In this document: positions 55,268-64,000 of the stretch, in pieces | How the letters are laid out: every line of letters starts with the position of its first letter | Position numbering within the stretch: position 1 is the stretch's first letter | Source of the DNA: Trichosphaerium sp. ATCC 40318 | Lineage: Eukaryota > Protista > Tubulinea | Assembly (NCBI GenBank): GCA_038496445.1 | Contig: JALMLS010000455.1 | Location: 682,001 to 746,000, forward strand | Length of the DNA stretch: 64,000 bases | Direction of reading: 5' to 3' | Notes under the pieces: model-generated | Told to the model about the DNA's origin: nothing | Database searches by the model: none | Seen by the model: the letters and a program-made list of their open reading frames with translations, nothing else | Made by a program: the position numbers and the translations under genes

Positions 55268-55530
55268 GTAGTAAAAGAGATGTTTACATATTTCAAAATA
55301 TTTCAAATATTTCAAATATTGCAAATGTTTTAAATGTTGCGAAATTGTTGAAAAACCTGCCAAACTTTTTGTAAGTCAGTTGTTAAAAGTTACGCTAAAC
55401 ACCTGAAAAGCGTTCTACGGTAGTTTGGTAGCGCTTTTCTGTTTTGTTTCAAGTGTTACATTTATTTCATAATATTTGGAATATTTGTAATATTTGAAAT
55501 ATTTGTAACCAGAAAACATCTCTATAGTAC
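55268..55530. mobile_element. Imperfect fold-back / MITE-like element
   Basis: Left end GTAGTAAAAGAGATGTTT..(AAATATTTC)n mirrors right end (AATATTTG)n..AAACATCTCTATAGTAC. Confidence 0.45.
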
Positions 55531-55768
55531 CGATGTTATGCTAATTAAAACAACGCTACCTAATACTCTTGTTAGAAATAGTCAATTATTGTCTCATTCG
55601 ATTGAATAGTTGAAAGAAAATGTAAGATCTCACCATTATAATAACTAGGCCAATCGTAGCCACCATAACTTTTACTACAGCAAAGGCAGGGTATGGATTC
55701 AAGTTTGAAAATTTGATCAAATTACAGCGCACTCTCGCTTAATGGTTTAAGTAAAAACGTCGGAAGCC

Positions 55769-57636
55769 ATGCATTTAAAAACATCATTTGTTACCCTCTG
55801 TTGTATATTTCTACTACGCTCAACTACATCATGTATTGTACCTTCAGATGGATTACTAGCTTGGTGGCAATTAGATAAAATCACATCAAACTATACTGTG
55901 GACGTTATTAGCTCCAGAAAAGCAGAATTTGGAGGCGTAAGAGGCGTAGACTACGAAGTTATACAGGTACGCTAGTTAGTGTACATATTTATAAAGTCAC
56001 GTGATTAGGCTCCACTGGCTGCAAACTCTACTGTATTTTATGGTAGAGGTGGATTACTTGTAAATGATACAATAGATGAAATATTTAAACCAGACAAAGG
56101 TTCGTTAATCACGTGGTTTTTAATCAGAATTTTCCAAACGTTTATTGTTGTGTTTAAAGGCAGTTTTACTTTCGAATTCTGGATGCAGCCACAAAATCTA
56201 TCAGGAAATCAAACAATACTTGAATACGAGTCATTTGGTGGTAGCTACGTTTTGCGTACCTTCGATACAAGCCTACTGTTCAAACTATATATTGGTAAAC
56301 ATTTTTTACCACTGTGCTGAAAATCTCTTTTTTCGAATCAAAAGTTGCTCCAAATACTTTGGTTCTGAACCATTATCAAGGAGTTTGTTTCCAAAGCTGT
56401 TTTCGTATCATCAATTGCTAACAAATTCTGTTGTTAGGAGACAATGTTTATAATGTTGGACCTGGTGAACAATTGATAAATACAAATTACCATCACGTTG
56501 GCATTGTCTGGGACAGGTATACTCCAACACTTACAATTACGCTAATACATTATTCATTAGTGTGAACAGTACTCTCGCAGTTTATAGAGGTTAGGAACGC
56601 ACATGCTAAGCAGGTAATAACATACTGTAGATAGCGTTAAACAGGTTACAAATGTGACACCATGGCCTTCAGAGGTTCGTCTTAGCTCTGAAGTGCTAAT
56701 TATTGGGACTGGACTGCAAGGACCCGGGTTCCAAGGAGCTCTAGATGAGGTACCTCTGTTACAGTTTACAAAACCTAATGATAGTTCTCCTTCTATAACA
56801 CGGCACTCACCGAGACTCAAATACGAGCAGTTGCATACTCAGGTATGTTTGTTCTGTTGAAAAGGACGTAATTATAATCAGGTGTTGGCAAGTGCCTTCC
56901 AGCACCCACAGCACCCACACCACAACCAACCACAGCACCACCCATAACAGTTCCAATCACAGTGCCAACAGTCGCTCCGAATACAGTAAATACAAGTACG
57001 CTGTTGAACTCAAACAATGAAAAGAATTCTTATTATTTCAAAGCGTGTACTGGTAGAACTCATGTAGCAGCTGTTTGTGACGAAGACACTCAAACTTGGG
57101 TAGTAACAGATCCAATTATTATTCAAGAAAATGACTATGAGATAGAAGGCTCAACTGTTTTCAAAGGTGAGTAAAGAGTTTCCCCGTTTATGAAATCTTG
57201 AAAGTTGCCATTGGGTTGTTACTAACGCTACCAAAAAGGGATAGTAACAGTTTTAGAAGAAGCCAGAATATTTCTATCACGTGATGTTACTCTCTTTTTC
57301 GAAGAATGTCCAAGCATCAATAAGACACTAGATATCTTTCTTACTCAAGTTTCTGAAGAAATACAAACAATATTAACAGTTCCAATAGGATGTAATGATA
57401 CAAAAGAGAAAACAAGAGTTTTTGATGCCGCTAAAGAACCCTGTACTGATTTTGATAGACAAGATTCTCGACATGATATTTCTATCATTTGGACAATAGA
57501 TGACTGTTCTGATGATCGCTTGAGTGATACTGCTATGATAGCTATTTCTGTTGTATCTGTTTTTATTGTTGTAGTTGTCATATGCATACTTGTTTATGTC
57601 TTTGTTTTCTACAAGCGAAGAAAATACGCAATATAA
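55769..57636 (+). CDS. Type I membrane protein with LamG/ConA-like lectin domain, Pro/Thr stalk and TM
   Basis: GLLAWWQLD, SFTFEFWMQP, YHHVGIVWD, LIIG..FQGALDE.SFYNTALT..QI; PTAPTPQPTT stalk; TM then YKRRKYAI*. Confidence 0.85.
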
Positions 57637-58010
57637 GAAATATGCCAATAATAAAAAATAGCATCTTACCCTCCTACATGAAAATAGTGATATATTTGCT
57701 GCATATTATGTACTTAACTTGTTAACTGTAATGGACCTGGTATGGTTCAATGAGCTATGTAGCGCATTGTTCTACTCGTTTATTTCAAAGTACTCATGAA
57801 AGAAAATGTTGGTCTAGTGCGTTGTCATTGCAATCTAGGTATTGTCAAAGACAGTCAAAACAACATTGGAGTTTAACACAACATGTTTAGTATATGCCAT
57901 ACGTTTTTCTGCTAGTACAGCGCTATTCAATGTATTATTCAGTCGAGTTAACAAATTGTTGCAGTTTTATTAGATGTGTAAATATGTGAAATCAGTGCCA
58001 CTTTGAAATA

Positions 58011-60921
58011 TTAATCTACTTTTGTGATGATTTTGTTTTTGATGTGTTTGTCTTGATACTTGACAAACTTGAAACGCTCAAGTGTTGTGAACCCCATTTC
58101 TTTCATTACTGTTCCTGTCATATCTTCAAATTCAACAGACATACGGTTCATCACTGATCCAACCTCTTGTGATCTTGATTCATCAAATCCTGCTGATTTC
58201 AGTACTTTTACCCAATCTTGGTTGCCATCACTTTGTAGATTGTCTGGTGCAGTGCGTAGTATTGTTAATGAAGCCTAAAAGAAATAAACATTTGTATTGA
58301 TAAACTAAGTGTACTACATTGCCAGGATTGAATGACTCATGCTTGTCCATCCATGATTCCTTTGAAACAAGTTCAGCAATATTATCAAACATCGACTGTT
58401 TAGAAAGATTATCAAACGTGGTGCTCATCAAATCCAATTCATCTGCATCAAATTGTACTTTGTCATGATACATTGAAGAACCCTTGGCATACCAAGATTG
58501 TCTTGAGATGAGGTTATCAGCGTCAATTGACGAAAAGTGATTGGAAGAACCAGGATCGCTCTATAGAAGCTATTAATAACGGAAAGACCAGGATTAGTTG
58601 TTACATACATTGCCTTCAACAACTTGATTGTGTTCAACAGTTTCTTTGTTTTGTATGAGATCACATGCGTTTTCTAGTATCTGAATGTCATCTTTGGTTT
58701 GTCCAAACTTCTGAGGAGCATCTTGAACAACATCCCTCAATATGAATATGTCTTCAAAGGGTTTCACTTTCAACATTTCCTTGTCAATAGATGAAGTATC
58801 TTTTAAAGCATTGTCAGGTATTCCAAGGTCGACTGTGTCAAAGGACTTGGGTGATGCAAGTTCGTCTGCATCAAATTGTACTTTGCCATGGTCTATTGAA
58901 GGAGACTTGACATACCACGATTGCCTTGATACGAGGTCATCGGTATCAATTGGTGCTTGTTGTTTACGCGAAGAATCATGATTGTCCTAAAGATGAGTTA
59001 CAATGTGAATGTGAATAAGTTGTAACATACATTGTCTTCACTATCTTGTTTTGTTTCGAGCTCTTCTTTGTTTTCTTCAACATCTTGTTTGTAACATGCA
59101 TTGTCATCAACATTTTGTTTTGTTTCAAGCTCTTCTTTGTTTTCGTCAACTGGATTATCCTGTTTGGCTTGTTCAACCTCCTGAGGATCATCTTGAATAA
59201 CTTCCTTTGGTGTGGAGTTGTCTTCAATAGGTTTCTCTCTGAACAAGCCTACAACGCCCGACAGGAAAGAAGATAGTCTACCTCTCCTGGGTATTTGTTT
59301 TGAAATATTGAGAATCTTGTGTATGGACCCTGTGTTTGTTTAACATGTATATGAGAAATGGGTCGTACTATAAGCATCTGGTTTCACCATGTATGACGCA
59401 CAAGCTTCAAATATTTGTTTAACATTTATCATATTTTTCGCAGAACACTCAATGTAATCAAACGCTCCAATATCTTTTGCCATTTCAATACCTATTTACC
59501 ATTACGTCAATAATTAATGTATGTTCCATTATCACGTGATTTGTACCTTGGTTGCAAGTGATAGGAGATTGATTTTTTGATGCTAGTTTTTTAATAGTTT
59601 CTGGGTCTTCTCTTAGTTCTAATCGAGCGCCAACAAGTAAACACTGAGCATTCTCAGGACAATGTTGTTTGCATTCCGGATACCACTATATGTATACGCA
59701 TTACTTTTACAATGTGAAAATAGCGTACATTAAGAACTGCAGACTCAAAGCTTAGAGGTTTTACAATAGAGAAAACAACTACATAAATATTGATTCCCTA
59801 AATGAATGATGAGGTTACAATAAAAAATACGACTACAGTTGGTACATGGTATCTTAATTGTCTTAAGCGATCTAAGTCCTCTTGTCCGCTCTACGAAAAG
59901 GAGTTACTTTTATTAATTCAAAAGGTCTCACAGTGTCTATAATAAGCAAGCGAACTCTTTTACCATCAACAACTATCTCGTCTAAATAGATATTATTGTC
60001 TGTTTCATTCAAGTTTTGAGACAGACTGACTTTTAGCAAAAAAACTCCAGTTTCTGCCCGATCTGTCAGATCTGACGGATTTGACACTTCTGACAGATCT
60101 TGCAAATTGTCATTTTTTTAAATGTGATCTACCCTCACGTGAATCCAACCATTTCAAACCCACGTGATTTAACAAACCCGTAGCAAAAAATTTTATTTAC
60201 ATATTTGACGCCTGGCGGCGTTTACAAAGCCTACAGCAACGCTGGTGGTGTTTTGGGGCGGTTTTGACGTTGTTACACCTTCATTGCTGCTTGGATGCTA
60301 CCATAGCGCTTCTGTTAGCGTGGGGTAGGCGCTAGCGTAGCGCTAGTAAGTTATACACGTACGTTGATTTTTTGAAGCAAAACATACAGCAAACAGTGTT
60401 TTGAGGCATTCATATCGTGTTTGGTGGTAATGCGATAGCTTTGTAGGACATCATACCTTTTTAATTCGCTTTTAGCGCATTGAACACCTCTGTGGTTGAT
60501 CGTACCGTGTACAGTTGGCGTAGGTAAAATACTGCGATCTTCAATGGTATGTTGAAACTTACATTGAAAATTTTGCTATCACTTACCGTAAGGTACCTAA
60601 GTCATACAATGAAGGACAACATTGTAACACAAATAGTTCACATTGTGATAGATCTACACCATTTGACAGAAGTGTCAGATCTTGTTAGATCTGCTAAAAG
60701 TGCTAAAAACTCACTTTCTAGAAAATATTAGTAAAACTTGAATGAAACATACAATAACGCAAAACTGCAAAAATATTTTTTCTGGTACTTGTAAAGTCAT
60801 CTACCACCGTAGGTATGTAATCAATAGGATATCTATTATTTCGGTACGTGGCTAGTATTTCTTGTTTAATATCTTTCAATCTATCTCCCACGAACAACAC
60901 TTGATATTCAGGCAGGGCCAT
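58011..60921 (-). CDS. Rho/Rac-like pseudoGTPase + acidic repeats + SAM-like domain (copy A)
   Basis: VLFVGDRLKDIKQ, YIPTVVD, IDTSGQEDLDRLR, WYPE..HCP..LLVG..LELRED, YIECSA; C-terminal WVKVLKSAGF..MKEMGFTTLERFKF. Confidence 0.8.
59996..60754. mobile_element. Non-autonomous TIR element (MITE) with TA flanks, inserted in intron 1 of copy A
   Basis: TIR TTGTCTGTTTCATTCAAGTTTT (59996-60017) vs AAAACTTGAATGAAACATACAA (60733-60754), one mismatch; TA on both sides; inner inverted subterminal motifs; absent from the paralogous intron at 63324-63383. Confidence 0.8.
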
Positions 60922-61549
60922 CTTTAAAACAAAAGAGACGATTGTTGACTTGTTTTATGTGAAGCCTAAAGATAACGGAAAAATCACGTGGGAAACCAGG
61001 GATAATTTTGAGTGATGTGCTCTTTAACACATCAGGCAGATTTTTTTAATCCAGTTTTCAAACCACGTGTTTACCACACATAATTATGATACCTGTTGTG
61101 GCGTTTCAAAAGCCAACAGTATGTTTGTGATATTTTGAATTCTCTAAAATTTTAATGTCATTATTGAATATTTATGAATATTTCAAGAACCTTTGAGGCA
61201 TTTTCCTCAAAACTATCTTGCTCTTCAATTGCTATTTCTAACATGTTATGTTGTACCGAAGAATAGTACTGACAGTCAAAGCAATTTTGAAACTTATTTT
61301 TTCATAAATTCTGGAGACTCTAAACTCAGTACAACTGCCAAGAAACCATTGGTAATTCCTCATAGCCAGCACTTTTAAAGTTTCAGATGCTGCAATAGTG
61401 GTGATCCAGAGGAATTTCCGCTGTCAAATTATCAATGCGGCTAGCAGCGAACTGTGTCAAAACTTGCAACAAAAATTTACTTTGTAAGATGTTTATTAGA
61501 TACCCAAACCTGTACGGGACACAATGTGAATCAGTGCCACTTTGCAAAA

Positions 61550-63513
61550 TTAATCTACTTTTGTGATGATTTTGTTTTTGATGTGTTTGTCTTGATACTT
61601 GATAAACTTGAAACGCTCAAGTGCTGTGAATCCCATTTCTTTCATTACTGTTCCTGTCATATCTTCGAATTCAACAGACATACGGTTCATCACTGATCCA
61701 ACCTCTTGTGACCTTGCTTCATCAAATCCGGCTGATTTCAATACTGGTACCCAGTCTTGGTTGTCATCACTTTCTAGATTGTCTGGTTCCCACAATACCT
61801 TGAATGAAGCCTAAAACGAATATAAACAAACGATTGTATTGATAAACTAGGAATACATTGCCACGATTGACTTTCTCATGCTTGTCTATCCACGATTCCT
61901 TCAGATTAGTAGGTGTGGCACTTGTTTCCAAAGACGCAAGTTCTTCTTCTGCATCAACTTGTACTTTACCATGATCTACTGAAGAAGGCTTGGCAGATTT
62001 TCTTGGTACGATGTTATCAGTATCAATTGGTGCTTGTTGTTTAGGCGAAGAATCATGATTGTCCTAAAGGTAAGTTACAATGTCAATGTGAATAAGTTGT
62101 TACATACACTGTCTTCGCTATTTTGGTTTGTTTCAACCTCTTCTTTGTTTTCTTCAACATCTTGTTTGTTACATACATTGTCGTCAATTGCTGCTTGTTG
62201 TTGAGGCGAAGAATCATGATTGTCCTAAAGATGAGTTACGATGTGAATGTGAATACGTTGTTACATACATTGTCTTCACTATCTTGTTTTGTCTCAAGCT
62301 CTTCTTTGTTTTCTTCAACATCTTGTTTGTTACAAGTATTGTCATCAATATTTTGTTTTGTTTCAAGCTCTTCTTTGTTTTCTTCAACCTGAATATCCTT
62401 TTTAGGTAGTTCAAACTCCCGACGAGTATGTTGAATAACTTCATTGGATATAGCCGTATCTTCAGCATGTTTCTCTCTGAACATGCCTACTACACCTGAT
62501 ACCAAAGAAGATAGTCTACCTCTCCTGTGTTTTGGCGGATGATTGTGTTTCTTGTGTGCAGATTCCAAAGAAGATGCTCTACGTCTCTTGTGTTTTGGTG
62601 GATGCCTGCGTTTCGACGGATGATTGAGTTTCTTGTGTATGGACCCTGTGTTTGTTTAACATGCATACGAGAAATGGGTCGTACTATAAGCGTCTGGTTT
62701 CACCATGTATGACGCACAAGCTTCAAATATTTCTTTAACATTTATCATATTTTTCGCAGAACACTCAATGTAATCAAACGCTCCAATATCTTTTGCCATT
62801 TCAATACCTATTTATTGTTACGTCAATAATTAATGTATGTTCTATTATCACGTGATTTTGTACCTTCGTTGCAAGTGATAGGAGATTGATTTGCTAATAG
62901 TTTAATAGTTTCTGAGTCATCTCTTAGTTCTAATTGAGCGCCAACAAGCAAACACTGAGCATTCTTAGGACAATGTTGTTTGCATTCCGCATACCACTAT
63001 ATACGCATTACTTTTACAATAACAACGTAAAAAAACAGCATACCTTAACCTTTGCAGACTCAAAGCTCAGAGGGTTTACAATAGAGAAAACAACTACGTA
63101 AATATTGATTCCCTAAAATGAAAGTGAGATTTACAATTCCAAAAAACGACTAAAAGTATTGTACAGAATTGTATCTTAATTTTCTGACGCGGTCTAATTT
63201 CTCAGATCCGCTCTACAAAAGGAGTGTTAATCTTATTTAATTTAATTTTCTTTAATTCAAAAGGAGTCTTACAATGTCTATAATAAGCAAGCGAGCTCTT
63301 TTACCATCAACAACTATCTCGCCTAAATAGAAATTAAAATAAAATTACTAAAAAACAAAACTAGTAAATATTTGTTCTGGTACTTGTAAAGTCATCTACG
63401 ACTGTAGGTGTATAATCAACAGGATGTTTACTTCGGTACGTGGCTAGTATTTCTTGTTTGACATCGTTCAATCTATCTCCTACAAACAACACTCGATATT
63501 CAGGCTCGGCCAT
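61550..63513 (-). CDS. Rho/Rac-like pseudoGTPase + acidic repeats + SAM-like domain (copy B)
   Basis: MAEPEYRVLFVGDRLNDVKQ, YTPTVVD, IDISGSEKLDRVR, YIECSAKN; same exon layout and C-terminal domain as copy A. Confidence 0.82.
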
Positions 63514-64000
63514 CTTGAAAATAATGAGACGACTTTAGACTTGTTTTGAAGCGTTAAGTATACACGAAAGATGATAATACGTGCACAAGATACGGCCTTA
63601 GTTGTAAGATAATACCGTAATATTACATACGTGATTATACATTTTGGGTTCAACTTTGGACCGTGAACCGTTTTGTTCGCTTTTTATGAATTTTATTGTT
63701 ACTTTTTAGCGAAAGCAGTCTTGATCACGTGAACTCAATTCTAAAATATTGTCGGGACATTTATTAGCTATTTACGTAAATCTCAATACAATTGTGTATT
63801 TCTCAAAGTTCACAATGGATATCTTCTAGAATACGTACCCAATATTGTGACATTGTTTTATGCGACAAGCGCGTAAACTTGAAAAAAAAAAAAGAGCAAA
63901 GGTTCGATTTAAGCCATTTTTTCTAATCTCTGTGAGTACTCCCAATACACTGTTTTACGCGTAAGGAAACGTTTTATAACACTCATTATCCCAAACTGTG

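Noticed and set aside
61190-61450. Coding-like stretch between the two Rho-like genes
   Set aside because: Only short open frames and no recognisable motif; at most an unidentifiable remnant

Overview
This is gene-dense, AT-rich eukaryotic nuclear DNA with many short (mostly 35-100 nt) GT-AG introns. It looks like a protist, plausibly an amoebozoan, but the taxon is inference. About 25 genes or gene remnants can be assembled by hand. Conventional genes: DOMON/Cu-monooxygenase (MOXD1-like), Fis1, an ankyrin protein, LAMTOR5, a 2OG-Fe(II) oxygenase, an ABCC transporter, ORC6 and a USP protein. Unusual architectures: (1) a spliced in-frame histone-fold + FxFG-repeat + tail-less Ran GTPase fusion (51828-53700); (2) a MORN-Roc-COR-PARP(H-Y-E)-receiver-like Roco protein (23198-28581); (3) a class C GPCR with two bacterial-type sugar-binding domains and a PA domain; (4) a second PA-7TM protein; (5) a Trp-repeat protein ending in a PD-(D/E)xK-type nuclease domain; (6) tandem Rho-like pseudoGTPase-SAM genes, one with a TA-flanked MITE in intron 1; (7) an intronless F-box + MORN-variant gene of giant-virus style. 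There are also an internally deleted THI5/NMT1-like gene and a frameshifted inverted partial paralog of a surface receptor. Exon boundaries and domain calls come from manual splicing and motif recognition only; no searches were run.
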